From an uncultured delta proteobacterium (GTDB lineage Bacteria > Myxococcota_A > Polyangia > Polyangiales > Polyangiaceae): a stretch of 64,000 nucleotides of DNA. Of this stretch, positions 22,051 to 34,464 are shown one piece after another. Position 1 is the stretch's first letter, and every line of letters begins with the position of its first letter. The notes beneath the pieces are model-generated. The model searched no databases. It was not told the origin of the DNA and saw nothing but the letters and a program-made list of their open reading frames with translations. Both the position numbers and the translations under genes were made by a program. Location: the NCBI GenBank assembly GCA_963806225.1, contig CAWDXG010000004.1:4896001-4960000 (forward strand), given 5' to 3'.

Positions 22051-23682
22051 CTAGCGCGTCGAGATGTCGAGGACCAGTTGCGGAGCGAAAGCCGCTTCGC
22101 CGCGGGCTATTGCCAGCTGGCAGCCCGGTCCGGCGGCGCGCAGCGCGCCCTCGATCACGCCCACCAGCCACAGCCGGAGCTGCAGCGAAGCCGCCTCGAA
22201 ATCCGTGATGCGCAGCGAGACCAGCCGCTCGTTTTCCTGGGACGCGTCCCAGACGCCGAAATCGAACCAGCGGCTGGTGAGCGGAGTGATCCGCTTGAGT
22301 ACCCCGAGTGCGCGATCCGGCCGGAGCGCCGGACGCACGATCGGCGACAGCTCGCCCGACACCGCGGCGTCGCCCGCTGCGCGGCACCAGTTCGGGTTGT
22401 CTCCGAAGATAGTCCTGGTGGAAAGCTCGAGATAGCGCGTGATGCACTCGAGGTCGTAGTAGACGATGGCCTGGAGCGTGCCGTAGGTGAAATCCCGTGC
22501 GTGCTCCGGACCCAGCTCGTCGAGCACCCGCTGCCGCTGCTCCGCTGTTGCCGTTCCCGCGACGTACTCGTCGACTGCACGCAGCACCAGGCCGCGGGCG
22601 TGGCATTGACCCACGAAGCGGGGCGGCAGCGAGCGCAGCCCGCTCGACGGACGCGGCGCGCTGGACGGTTGCCACGGTTCGACTTCGTCTCGCGACGGCG
22701 TGGACCGCACGAGCGCGCGTCCGGAGGAAGGGCGCCGCGGGGTCGGCGTGTGCTCCTCGACGCGGCGGTAGCCGCTCTGCCGGACCTGCACCAGCTCCCG
22801 CAGCGAGCCGCGCGAGTGCGAGGGCGTCAGCGGGGAAAGCTCGTGCGCGAGCTCGGCCGCGCTCGCGTAGCGCTCCTCGCGGCGCTTCTTCATCGCGCGC
22901 TGGAGTATGGCGTCGATCGTTGGATCGCCGGGTCCACCGTGCTCGGCGACGCGCGGCGTGCGCGCGTGAGCCACCTTGTACGCCGTGGCCACAGCAGTGG
23001 GCGCGTGGAAGGGACGGCGATTCGTGAGCAGCTCGAACAGCAGCACGCCGACGCTGAACAGATCGCTTCGCCCGTCGACGTCGTGATCGCCGTTGGCCTG
23101 CTCGGGCGACAGGTAGTCCGGCGTGCCCATCACGACGCCCGTGCTGGTCCGCGGAGACGGTCCCGACGGCCACAGCATCTTCGCGACGCCGAAATCGAGC
23201 AGCTTGACCGCGACCTGTCCCTCGTCGTCGACGGCGTAGAATACGTTTTCGGGTTTGAGGTCGCGGTGCACCACGCCGGCGGCGTGCGCGGCCGCGAGCG
23301 CGTCCAGCACCGGCAGCACCGTCTCCAGCGCCGCGCCCAGCGTCAGCTTCCCCTGGCGGGCGAGCACCTGTGCGGCGCTCTCGCCCTCCAGGTACTCCAT
23401 GACCATGTACGGACCCGTTTCGCCCTGCCCGGCGTCGAGCACATCGACAATGCCCGGATGGCGGATCCGACTCACCGACTGGGCTTCCTGGAAGAAGCGC
23501 GCGGACAGGTCCAGGTCGTCCGCCCGGGCCGACGTGAGCAGCTTCAGTGCCACGATGCGTCCGATGAGCGTGTTTTCCGCGCGGTACACCTCGCTCATGC
23601 CGCCCACGCCGATGCGTTCCAGCAGCCGGTACTTGCCGCCGATCACCAGGCCGGCGGCAGGTTCGAGCAGGCGCGCGGGCAC
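22051..23682 (-). CDS. Ser/Thr protein kinase with C-terminal myxobacterial DUF2378/TIGR02265-like domain
   Basis: [29 protein letters not shown]; start codon uncertain (GTG at 23682 chosen). Confidence 0.85.
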   Translation of the reverse strand: MPARLLEPAAGLVIGGKYRLLERIGVGGMSEVYRAENTLIGRIVALKLLTSARADDLDLSARFFQEAQSVSRIRHPGIVDVLDAGQGETGPYMVMEYLEGESAAQVLARQGKLTLGAALETVLPVLDALAAAHAAGVVHRDLKPENVFYAVDDEGQVAVKLLDFGVAKMLWPSGPSPRTSTGVVMGTPDYLSPEQANGDHDVDGRSDLFSVGVLLFELLTNRRPFHAPTAVATAYKVAHARTPRVAEHGGPGDPTIDAILQRAMKKRREERYASAAELAHELSPLTPSHSRGSLRELVQVRQSGYRRVEEHTPTPRRPSSGRALVRSTPSRDEVEPWQPSSAPRPSSGLRSLPPRFVGQCHARGLVLRAVDEYVAGTATAEQRQRVLDELGPEHARDFTYGTLQAIVYYDLECITRYLELSTRTIFGDNPNWCRAAGDAAVSGELSPIVRPALRPDRALGVLKRITPLTSRWFDFGVWDASQENERLVSLRITDFEAASLQLRLWLVGVIEGALRAAGPGCQLAIARGEAAFAPQLVLDISTR

Positions 23683-23832
23683 TTTCGACCTATGCCCCCC
23701 GCCACGAACCGGATCGCGGTTCAAGGTGGTGGTTTTCGCGTGCGGGCACCGGTCGGCACAGCACTGATCTACGCTCCGGGTGAACCAAGGGAATCCGGAT
23801 TGTATCCTATCGTCAGATTCGCCGCGCGCTCT

Positions 23833-24867
23833 GTGCGCGCCCGGGCGCCACGGATCGAGGCCAGAATCCTTGCCCTTTCGCCCGAGGGGCTGATCCTGCC
23901 AGGCAGCTGCGCCTGCTGTGGCGGCATCGCGGCCAGCTCGCGCGTGGAGATCCGCAGCAGCGATGGGGCCAGTCTCATCGTGCCCTACTGCACCGATTGC
24001 CAGCGTCACGCTTCCGCCGCCGTCACGCGGACCCTGGCGGTGACGGTCGCGTCCTGTCTGCTCGCGGCGACGCTGGCCGCGACGCTGCCGCTGATCGACG
24101 AGACCCAGGGGCTCCTTGCCTACGGCACTATCGTGTTGGTCGGCGCGCTCGTGCCGATCCTGGCGGCGGCCTTCTGGCCGCGGCGCATTGCGCCCGGGCA
24201 CACCACGACCGGGCGCGCGGTCTGGTGGCTGTCCGGCGGAGCGCTGTGCTGCACCAATCCGCGCTGGGCAGCCGAGCTTGCGGTGGAGGCCGGCGTCGAG
24301 CCGCGTCGGCAGCTGCTCGGTGAGCGCGTGCTCTCGCCGTGGATGCTGGCCGGGCCACTGCTGGCGCTGGGCGCCGCGCCGTTCCTGTACTGGCTGTACC
24401 ATCCGGGAGTGCGGGTGGTGGACCTCACCGGCACGCGTATCGAGGTGCGCGTCGATGGCCGCACGGTTGCCAGCGTGCAGCCGACAAGTGCGGAGAGTCC
24501 CGCTGCCGGGGTCGAGCTGAGGCTGCCCGCCGGACAGCACGTGCTCGAGAGCCGCGACTCGCAGGGCCGTGTGGTGGCTCGAGCCAACGTGTTCATCCAT
24601 AGCGGCGCCGAGCACCTGTACGCTCCTGGCGCGCGCGGCTACTGCTTCTGGCTCGAGACCACCGGCTACGGTCGTGCGGGCGCCGTGGGTCCCGTCATCC
24701 GCCCGCTCGCCGGCGCCGCGCGTTTCTGGGCGCTGCCGCTGGACGTGGACACGTGGTTCGCACCGAATCCCCCGCCGTCCCATGACGATGTGCGCTCCAG
24801 CGGCGGCGAGCTGACCGCGCTCAGGCAGGCCCGCTGCAGCGAAGCGCCGGCCGCCGCGCGACCTTGA
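23833..24867 (+). CDS. Hypothetical membrane protein with N-terminal Cys motifs
   Basis: CACC...PYCTDC followed by three hydrophobic segments; start uncertain. Confidence 0.6.
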   Translation: MRARAPRIEARILALSPEGLILPGSCACCGGIAASSRVEIRSSDGASLIVPYCTDCQRHASAAVTRTLAVTVASCLLAATLAATLPLIDETQGLLAYGTIVLVGALVPILAAAFWPRRIAPGHTTTGRAVWWLSGGALCCTNPRWAAELAVEAGVEPRRQLLGERVLSPWMLAGPLLALGAAPFLYWLYHPGVRVVDLTGTRIEVRVDGRTVASVQPTSAESPAAGVELRLPAGQHVLESRDSQGRVVARANVFIHSGAEHLYAPGARGYCFWLETTGYGRAGAVGPVIRPLAGAARFWALPLDVDTWFAPNPPPSHDDVRSSGGELTALRQARCSEAPAAARP

Positions 24868-24975
24868 CCCAAGTGAAAGGCGGTGCCGACTGGATGCTCC
24901 GCCGGACTACGTCCGGCCAGTGGTCCGGTGGGCCGGCGCGCGGCCGATGCGGTCCGGTTGCTTCCCGCCGCCGTA

Positions 24976-25003
24976 TTGGCAAGTCAAGACAACTGGTTAT
25001 AGT
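24976..25003 (+). promoter_or_regulatory. Putative sigma70-type promoter for grpE-dnaK
   Basis: TTGGCA-16bp-TATAGT immediately upstream of the grpE GTG. Confidence 0.4.
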
Positions 25004-25014
25004 AGCGAGCCGCT

Positions 25015-25605
25015 GTGGTTGAAGAAGAGCAGGGAACCGGGGACGACCTCCCGGAGGCTGGAGAACCCGTGCCCGAGCTGTCCCCCGAGCCGGCAGGTGC
25101 GGAGCAGACGGAAGCCGCCACGGAACCGGCCGGCGCCGCGGCTGCTGCCGCCGACGGACCGGAAGCGGAGATCGCCCGCGTGCGCGATCAGTTGCTGCGT
25201 ACCGCGGCCGATTTCGACAACTTCCGCAAGCGCTCACGGCGCGAGATTATCGATGCCGACCGTCGCGGCCGGGAGGAGCTCCTGCGCGATCTCCTGCCCA
25301 TCTTCGACAACCTCGAACGGGCCGCTGCGCACACCGGCAGCGCGACCGATGTTCAGTCTCTGGCCGACGGCATCGAGATGGTGATGCGACAGTTCTCCGA
25401 CACGCTGGGCAAGCTCGGCATCGAGCGCATCGAATCGGTCGGAAAACCCTTCGATCCGGCGCTTCACGAGGCCATCCAACACATGGAGACGGTCGAGCAT
25501 CCGCCCGGTAGCGTCGCTGCGGAAGTGCAGGCCGGCTACCGCATGGGCGAGCGGCTGGTCCGGCCCGCCATGGTCGTCGTAGCCAAGGCGCCGACGAGCT
25601 CGTAA
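25015..25605 (+). CDS. grpE: Nucleotide exchange factor GrpE
   Basis: [38 protein letters not shown]. Confidence 0.95.
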   Translation: MVEEEQGTGDDLPEAGEPVPELSPEPAGAEQTEAATEPAGAAAAAADGPEAEIARVRDQLLRTAADFDNFRKRSRREIIDADRRGREELLRDLLPIFDNLERAAAHTGSATDVQSLADGIEMVMRQFSDTLGKLGIERIESVGKPFDPALHEAIQHMETVEHPPGSVAAEVQAGYRMGERLVRPAMVVVAKAPTSS

Positions 25606-25675
25606 TTCCCCCATAGTCGAGGTTCGCCTCCCGGGTTCGCGCCTGCACCGGGGCGCGGTATGCTCCAGCCGGCTC

Positions 25676-27517
<1,842 letters not shown>

Positions 27518-27547
27518 CGTGCCGTTGAGCGCGAGGGTCCCGCTTCC

Positions 27548-30500
27548 ATGACCGTCGCTCTCGGGGGCGCCGCCTATGGCCGCTACCAGCTGCTGGAGCC
27601 CATCGGCCGAGGCAGCATCGCCGAGGTCTTCAAGGCCAAGAGCTTCGGCGTCGAGGGCTTCGAGAAGACCCTCGTCGTCAAGCGCATCGTTCCGGAGCTG
27701 GCGAGGGAGCCCTCCTTCGTCGATTCGTTCGTCGGCCAGGCCAAGCTCGCGGTGCGGCTCAGTCACGCAAATGTCGTCCAGGTGTTCGATCTGGGCCGCG
27801 TCGACGAGCCCGGCGGCCCCAGCTACTTCATGGCGATGGAGTATGTGGCGGGGCTGGATCTAGCCACGCTGCTCGAGCGCGTGCGGCAGGCGGAAGGTGC
27901 CGCGTCGGCCGCGCTGTCCGTGTTCGTCGCGTCCGAGATCGCGAAGGCGCTCGACCACGCCCACCGGCGGCGCGACGAGCAGATGCGTCCGCTCGGGGTC
28001 GTGCATGGGGATCTGGGACCGCACAATGTCCTGATCAGCTGGGAGGGCGAGGTCAAGGTCACCGATTTCGGCGTGGCCGCTGCGCTGTACCACGTCGACA
28101 ACAACGGCTCGGGCGACCGGCTCGCGAGCAAGCTGCCCTACGCCAGCCCCGAGATGCTCCGCGGCGAAAAGCTCACGCCCAGGAGCGACCTGTTCTCGTT
28201 CGGAGCGCTTCTGTACGAGGTTCTGGCGGGTCGCAATCCCTTCGAGGCGCCGACGCCGGCCGAGACCCGTCGCTCTGTTCTGGAGGCGCGTTTCAAGCCG
28301 CTCGACCAGGTGCGCGACGATCTGGCGCCCGAGCTGGTGGGCATGGTGCACCGATCGCTGTCGCGGGAGCCCGGGCAGCGCTTCGAGACCGCCGCGAGGC
28401 TGTACGAGGATCTGCTCGCACACCTGTACGCTTCCGGTGCGCGCTTCGGCGCCGACGATCTGGCGGAGCTGGTCGAGCGCTTCCGGGAGCCCGCGGCGCC
28501 GGCTTCGGAGGCGATCGATCAGCTCGTGCGCGGCGAGCTGGATTCGGTGGCCGAGACGCCGCCGCGAGGCACGCCCTCCGCCGTGATCAGCGCGCCGCCT
28601 CCGCCGGTCGAGGCCGAGGCGGTTCCGTCCCTCAGGGGCCTGTCCGATCACAAGGGGCAGCAGGAAGCGTCGGCGCTCGTGGTGCGCTTCCCGGGCAGCG
28701 TGTTCGTGCCGTCGGCCACGCGCGAGCGGGCGCGGAAGATCCTCGAACGCTACGGCGCGCGGGTGCAATCCGATGCGGGGCGCGAGCTGTCGGCGATGTT
28801 CGGGCTGGAGCAGGCCGATGCGCGCGACACGGAGAACGCCGTCCGCTGCGGGTTGGTTCTGGCGCGCGGCCTGGCGGCGGGAGCAGCGCAACCCAGCGTG
28901 GGCGTCGACGCCGGGCGGCTCAGGGTCGGCGCGGACGGCACGCCGGAAGACGACCCACGCATGCGCGAGCTGGTCGGCTCCGCGCGCCGCCTGGCGGAAG
29001 GCCCTGCGGGTCGCGTTGCCATCTCGGAAACCGCTTCGCGCAGCCTGCGCGGGCTGTTCGCGCTCGAGTCGCCGGGCGGCGGGGCGGCAGGCTACCTGGT
29101 CGGCGAGGTGCGTCCCGTGCACGATGCTTTCGGGCGCTTCGTCGGGCGCAAGCAGGAGCTCCGGCAGCTCGGCGAGCTGATCGCGCAGGCGTCGCGCCGG
29201 AACCTGCAGGTGCTCGGGGTCGTCGGCGAGCACGGCGTGGGCAAGACGCGGTTCCTGTACGAGATGGAGCGGCGCATCAGCCGCGGCTCCTTCAACATCG
29301 CCTGCTACATCGCCCCCTGCCCGCCGCGCGGCCACGAGTCACCCGGCAGCGCTACCGTTGCCATGCTGCGCACGCTGTGCGGCGTGCGCGAGGGCGATCC
29401 CCCGGACCGCATCCTGGCCGTCCTTCCCAGGCTCCGGGCGCTGGGTCTGCGCGAGGAAGAGGCGCAGGCCGTCCTTGCGCAGCTCGGCGCGGGGCCGTCG
29501 AATGCGGCCATGGGCGGCGACGCGTCGCTGCGCGCGACCGTGGCGCGCATGTTCGCGAGCCTTGCCGAGGATCGCCTGCACGTTTTTGCCTGGGACAACG
29601 CGCAGGAGATGGACGCGGAAACTGCCGCGCTGCTCGCGTCGATCGCCGAGCGCCTGCCGCTGGCGCGGGCTGCGCTGCTGCTCTCGGCCCGTCCCCAGGC
29701 GGATGCGACCTACCGGGAGATCCCCGGCTACCGCGAGATCGTCCTCCCCGATCTCGAGGACGACGACGTCTTCCGGCTCGTGGCACTCCGGCTCGGCGTG
29801 GAGCAGGTACCCGAGGCGCTGCTCCAGTTCCTCAAGAAGCGCGCCGGGGGCCATCCGATGTTCCTCGAGGAGCTGTTGCACGAGGCCATCGAGTCCGGTG
29901 CGGTCGTTGTGAAGGACGGCAGGGTCGAAGCGCTCAAGCTGGACGGCGCGCTGGCGATCCCGCGACCGCTCAGGACGCTGCTGGGCGACCGCGTGCGGCG
30001 CCTGCCCGAGCCGGAGCGCGATCTGGTCATCGCCGCGTCGGTGGTCGGCGCGCCGGCGGACACGTCCGTGCTCGCCGCCATGCTGGACGCGCCACTCGGA
30101 ACCATCAACGCCCTCGCCGAATCGCTCGAGGCCCGCGAGCTGGTCCGGCGCGAGGGGCCGGTTGCGCTCGACTTTCCGTCGCCTCTGCTGCCCGAGGTGG
30201 TGCTTTCGGGTCTCGAGCCCGACGTGCTGGTCGAGCTGCACCAGGAGGCGGCGAACGCCTACCAGGTCGTGCTGGGCGAGCGCACGGAGGAGGAAGCGGG
30301 GCGTATCGCCCGCCACCTGGCAGAAGCCGGCCAGAATGATCGCGCTGCGAGCTTCTACGCTACCAGCGGTCTGTTTTCGCTCAATGCACGCCGTCTCGAT
30401 CACGCCGTCTCCGATCTGTCGCGGGCGCTCGGCCTGTGCGATCTCGAGGGACGCGACGCCGCCGAGCTGGCCGAGTGGGTTTCAGCGCTCACGCGCGCTG

Positions 30501-31456
30501 TCCGCCACGTTCGTAGCGGCGCGGAGCTGCCGGCGGTGTTCCAGCGCCTCGGCGCGCACCTGGAGAGCGAAAATGCGCTGGATACGCGCCTGCGCGTGCA
30601 GATGACCATCGATCTCGCGCTGATGCTCGGTTCGCAGAATCGCTACCGCGAGTCGCGCCGCCTGCTCGCCCTTGCCGTGGACGGCGCTGCCGCGTGGCCC
30701 GAGCTGTCGCGCGCCGCGCTCACTACCGAGGCCGAGGTGGCGATCCGCCAGGGTGAGTTCCGGGTCGCGCTCTCGGCGCTCACCAAGGCCGAGCAGCTCG
30801 GCAAGGGCGACGCACTGGAACAGCATCGACTGCTGGTCGGGATGGCCCAGGCGCTCGGAGGCGCCGGCGATCACGATCGCGCACTGTCCTATCTGGACGA
30901 GGCTGCCGGTCTGGCCCCGGAGGACGATCTGGCACTGGCCTGCGAGCGCCAGAAGGTACGATCGCTGATCCTGTACTTCCGCGGCGATTGGCGGAACGGA
31001 GCCAAGGCGTCGGAGGAGGCCGCCGAGCTCGGTCGCGCCGCGGGGCTGATGCACGAGATCGCCGTCAACCTGCACAACCAGGGCGACTCGCTGATGCGAC
31101 TCGGCGAGCTGCCGCGCGCCTACGCCACGCTCCAGGCCTCGCTGGCCGTGGCGGAGGAGATGGGCAGCGAGCGGCTGGTGAATCTCGACCGCCTGATGCT
31201 CGCCTATCTCGACGCAGTCAACGGCTCGGAGCCGGCCTTCGAGGTGCTGGGCGAGCGCCTGCTGTACGCGGAAACGCAGCGCTGGACCTGGGACGTGGCG
31301 AGCGGTCGCTACCTGCTCGGAAAGCTGCTGGCCCAGCGCGGCGACGGCGCGGGAGCCCGACGCGAGCTGGGCATCGCCCGGCAGATGGGCGAGTCGACCG
31401 ACAACAAGCTCGTTGTCGAGGACTGCGACCGCGAGCTCGCCGCACTCGACGGCTAG
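27548..31456 (+). CDS. Atypical (non-RD) Ser/Thr kinase fused to degenerate cyclase-like domain, STAND ATPase and TPRs
   Basis: IGRGSIAEV, VVKRI, HGDLGPHN, DFG, YASPE; Walker A GEHGVGKT; GHPMFL; TPR-like C-terminus. Confidence 0.85.
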   Translation: MTVALGGAAYGRYQLLEPIGRGSIAEVFKAKSFGVEGFEKTLVVKRIVPELAREPSFVDSFVGQAKLAVRLSHANVVQVFDLGRVDEPGGPSYFMAMEYVAGLDLATLLERVRQAEGAASAALSVFVASEIAKALDHAHRRRDEQMRPLGVVHGDLGPHNVLISWEGEVKVTDFGVAAALYHVDNNGSGDRLASKLPYASPEMLRGEKLTPRSDLFSFGALLYEVLAGRNPFEAPTPAETRRSVLEARFKPLDQVRDDLAPELVGMVHRSLSREPGQRFETAARLYEDLLAHLYASGARFGADDLAELVERFREPAAPASEAIDQLVRGELDSVAETPPRGTPSAVISAPPPPVEAEAVPSLRGLSDHKGQQEASALVVRFPGSVFVPSATRERARKILERYGARVQSDAGRELSAMFGLEQADARDTENAVRCGLVLARGLAAGAAQPSVGVDAGRLRVGADGTPEDDPRMRELVGSARRLAEGPAGRVAISETASRSLRGLFALESPGGGAAGYLVGEVRPVHDAFGRFVGRKQELRQLGELIAQASRRNLQVLGVVGEHGVGKTRFLYEMERRISRGSFNIACYIAPCPPRGHESPGSATVAMLRTLCGVREGDPPDRILAVLPRLRALGLREEEAQAVLAQLGAGPSNAAMGGDASLRATVARMFASLAEDRLHVFAWDNAQEMDAETAALLASIAERLPLARAALLLSARPQADATYREIPGYREIVLPDLEDDDVFRLVALRLGVEQVPEALLQFLKKRAGGHPMFLEELLHEAIESGAVVVKDGRVEALKLDGALAIPRPLRTLLGDRVRRLPEPERDLVIAASVVGAPADTSVLAAMLDAPLGTINALAESLEARELVRREGPVALDFPSPLLPEVVLSGLEPDVLVELHQEAANAYQVVLGERTEEEAGRIARHLAEAGQNDRAASFYATSGLFSLNARRLDHAVSDLSRALGLCDLEGRDAAELAEWVSALTRAVRHVRSGAELPAVFQRLGAHLESENALDTRLRVQMTIDLALMLGSQNRYRESRRLLALAVDGAAAWPELSRAALTTEAEVAIRQGEFRVALSALTKAEQLGKGDALEQHRLLVGMAQALGGAGDHDRALSYLDEAAGLAPEDDLALACERQKVRSLILYFRGDWRNGAKASEEAAELGRAAGLMHEIAVNLHNQGDSLMRLGELPRAYATLQASLAVAEEMGSERLVNLDRLMLAYLDAVNGSEPAFEVLGERLLYAETQRWTWDVASGRYLLGKLLAQRGDGAGARRELGIARQMGESTDNKLVVEDCDRELAALDG

Positions 31457-31524
31457 GCCAACGGTCGGGCGCTGTCGCGCGGGGGGGAAATCGGGCGAGG
31501 TTCGTGTCATCCTCCACGGCCGCG

Positions 31525-33291
31525 ATGTCACTCAAGGAACGCACGCGCCTCCGTTTGCAGACCGCCCGCTCGCTGGCCCGGCTGTTCTCCGACGGGCACC
31601 GCTTCGTGTCGTTCGGCAGCTGGAACGCCGCGCGCCTGCTCGAGCACAACGCGGACAAGTGGCCGCACAAGATGGCGCTTCTGTTCGAGGACGAGCGGTA
31701 CAGCTGGCGCGACGTGGACGAGCGCGCGAACCAATGGGCGGCGTTCTTCACCCGCGAAGGCATACGCCGCGGCGACGTGGTGTCGCTGGTGATGGACAAT
31801 CGTCCGGACTTCGTGTTCGCCGAGATGGGCCTCAGCAAGCTCCACGCGAGCTCCGCGCTGATCAACACGCACCTGGTCGGCAAGCCGCTGGTCCACGCGA
31901 TCAACGTTGCCGGTCCGCGGCTTTCGCTGGTCGGTTCGGAACACCTCGACAGTGTCGAGCCGGTGCTGGGCGATCTCCAGGTGCCGGGCGGCGTGATCGC
32001 CCACCGCGACGGCGAGGCCGATACCGGCGGGCTCCGCGTCGTCAACGACGACGTCCGCGCCTGCTCTACGCAGCGTGTCGACTACGGCAAGGCGCGCACT
32101 TCCGAGCCGATGGGGTTCATCTACACCTCCGGCACGACGGGCCTGCCGAAGGCCGCCGTCATCACGAACCGGCGCTACCAGATGGTCATCACCGGATTTT
32201 CGCGTCTCGGGCACGAGGCCACGCCGGACGACATCATCTACGTTGCGCTGCCGCTCTATCACGGCAACGCGCAATGGGCGGGTTGGGGCGCGTGCCTGCA
32301 CAGCGGGGCGGCGATGGCGCTGCGCCGCAGATTCAGTGCCTCGCACTTCTGGGACGACGTGAACCGCTTCGGCGCGACGCGCTTCGTCTACATCGGGGAA
32401 GTGTGCCGCTACCTTCTGAACCAGCCGCCGCGCGAGGGAGAGCGCGGCCACCGGCTCGCCGTCGGCGTGGGCAACGGGCTGAGACCGGACATCTGGGAGG
32501 AATTCTGCGAGCGCTTCGGCGTGCCGCTGATCCGCGAATTCTACGGTGCGACGGAAGGCAACGCCCCGCTCATGAACGTCGACGGGCGGCCGGGCATGGT
32601 GGGAAGGCTCGGGCCGGGTCAGGCGATCGTCCGCTGCGACCTGTCGAGCGGCGAGCCCATCCGTGACGCCAAGGGTCGCTGCACCCGGATCGAGGAAGGC
32701 GGGACGGGGCTCCTGATTGGCCGCATCAACAGGATCGCGAAGTTCGACGGCTACCTCGACGAGGACGCGACGAACAAGAAAATCCTGACCGGCGTCTTCA
32801 AGCGCGGTGACAGCTGGTTCAACAGCGGCGACCTGATGACACTGCACGACAACGGCTGGGTGTCGTTCGCCGATCGCGTGGGCGATACGTTCCGCTGGAA
32901 GGGCGAGAACGTGTCGACGAACGAGGTCGCCGAGGTGCTGAACGGCGCCCCCGGCGTGCTCGAGAGCAACGTCTACGGAGTCCAGGTACCGGGCGCCGAG
33001 GGCCGGGTCGGGATGGCGAGCCTGACCGTGAAGGGCGATCTCGATCCTGACGCGCTCGGCCGCTATGTCACGCGGAATCTGCCGTCTTTCCAGCGCCCGG
33101 CGTTCGTGCGCGTGCTCGGCGAGATGCGCACCACCGCCACCTTCAAGCACCTCAAGACCGACTACCGCAACGAGGGCTACGATCCGGCGAAGGTCGCCGA
33201 CCCGCTCTTCTATCTCGACGGCGAGCGCTACGTTCAGCTCGACGCGAAGCTCTACGCGCGTATCGCTTCGGGCGAAATCGGCCCGCGCTGA
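31525..33291 (+). CDS. Long-chain acyl-CoA synthetase (FATP-like)
   Basis: IYTSGTTGLPKAA, LPLYH, YIGEVCRYL, EFYGATEGN, DRVGDTFRWKGENVST. Confidence 0.92.
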   Translation: MSLKERTRLRLQTARSLARLFSDGHRFVSFGSWNAARLLEHNADKWPHKMALLFEDERYSWRDVDERANQWAAFFTREGIRRGDVVSLVMDNRPDFVFAEMGLSKLHASSALINTHLVGKPLVHAINVAGPRLSLVGSEHLDSVEPVLGDLQVPGGVIAHRDGEADTGGLRVVNDDVRACSTQRVDYGKARTSEPMGFIYTSGTTGLPKAAVITNRRYQMVITGFSRLGHEATPDDIIYVALPLYHGNAQWAGWGACLHSGAAMALRRRFSASHFWDDVNRFGATRFVYIGEVCRYLLNQPPREGERGHRLAVGVGNGLRPDIWEEFCERFGVPLIREFYGATEGNAPLMNVDGRPGMVGRLGPGQAIVRCDLSSGEPIRDAKGRCTRIEEGGTGLLIGRINRIAKFDGYLDEDATNKKILTGVFKRGDSWFNSGDLMTLHDNGWVSFADRVGDTFRWKGENVSTNEVAEVLNGAPGVLESNVYGVQVPGAEGRVGMASLTVKGDLDPDALGRYVTRNLPSFQRPAFVRVLGEMRTTATFKHLKTDYRNEGYDPAKVADPLFYLDGERYVQLDAKLYARIASGEIGPR

Positions 33292-33294
33292 CGG

Positions 33295-33921
33295 CTAGAT
33301 CCCCAGCATGTGCCGGATCACGCGGATCGTGTGCTCGACCTGGCTGGGCGCGATGGCCCAGGTCACGAGCGCGCCGTAGAGCGCACCGGTGAAGTGCGCA
33401 TCGTGGTTGATGTTGTCGGAGGCGCTGTACGACTGCCACACGCTGTAGGCCATGTAGAGCGCGCCGAACACGACCCCGGGCACGGCGAACGGCAGGAACA
33501 ACAGGCCGATCCTCATCTGTGGGTACAGCAGAATCGCGCTGAACATCACCGCGGCAACGGCACCCGACGCGCCGAGCGAACCGTAGCCAGGTCGATTCCA
33601 GTAGCGCAGCGTGGTCGGAAGGTGCGCCACGACTACGGCGCTGACATACAGCCCTGCGAACAGGATTGGCCCGAACTTGGCGACCACGCGGTCGGCGAAC
33701 ATGTAGAGCACGAACATGTTCATGGCCAGGTGCATCATGTCCGCGTGGATCCATCCGCCGGTGACCAGCCGGTACACTTCACCCCGGCGCACTTGATAGG
33801 GGCTCAGGATCAGCGCGCGCTTGATTCGCTCGCTCGAAAACGCGATCACGCTGACCGCGACCACGGAGACGATGATCAGCAGCGTGACGCCCAGGTGGCT
33901 GACGGCGGCGGGTAGCTTCAT
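33295..33921 (-). CDS. Rhomboid intramembrane serine protease
   Basis: YRLVTGGWIHAD..HL..NM, GASG catalytic Ser, AHFTG catalytic His. Confidence 0.9.
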   Translation of the reverse strand: MKLPAAVSHLGVTLLIIVSVVAVSVIAFSSERIKRALILSPYQVRRGEVYRLVTGGWIHADMMHLAMNMFVLYMFADRVVAKFGPILFAGLYVSAVVVAHLPTTLRYWNRPGYGSLGASGAVAAVMFSAILLYPQMRIGLLFLPFAVPGVVFGALYMAYSVWQSYSASDNINHDAHFTGALYGALVTWAIAPSQVEHTIRVIRHMLGI

Positions 33922-34022
33922 CGTGTGCAGGGTATCCCGCCGCGCTGGTTGTCGCGCGCGAAGGTGCGCCGGCGCCTCTGCCGGCGCGCTGGCCAGGGCC
34001 AGACGCGCCGGCAGGCTTCGCT

Positions 34023-34238
34023 CTAGGCCGAGGCCTTCTTCGGGGCGGGTCCAAGGACCGACTTCATGTCGACCTTGGCGACGCCAGGCCCCTGCTGGGT
34101 TTCAGTCCAGATAGATACCGTGGTGCTGTTCTTGGGGAACATCGTGTCCACACGGACGATCTTGCCGATGCGTCCGTCCTCGAGCAGCACCTGGCGGCGA
34201 TCCGTCATGAACTGATGGATGTGCCGTAGGTTTGACAT
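34023..34238 (-). CDS. Small hypothetical protein (71 aa)
   Basis: MSNLRHIHQF...KKASA; TATATT 7 nt upstream of the ATG; globular-looking composition unlike shadow ORFs. Confidence 0.65.
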   Translation of the reverse strand: MSNLRHIHQFMTDRRQVLLEDGRIGKIVRVDTMFPKNSTTVSIWTETQQGPGVAKVDMKSVLGPAPKKASA

Positions 34239-34464
34239 ACCCTTCAATATAGGGCGCGCGCGGACCGCTGCCAGATTTCTGCAATTGTTCCGGGGTGAAA
34301 GGGCGCTCGGGCGAGACGGCGCAGGCGCTCCGGCCGCTCGCCGCGGAGGAAAGGTACCCGGCGCCCAGTCTTCAAGATTCGAAAGTGGTTCCAGCAGTTT
34401 GGAGCCCCGCTGCCGCCGGATTCTGGTCCTCCGGCCGAGCCGCTCGCTATCGTTCCATCTGCCC

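Noticed and set aside
24976..25003. Possible CIRCE element before grpE
   Set aside because: Only weak similarity to one arm of TTAGCACTC-N9-GAGTGCTAA; better explained as a -35/-10 pair.
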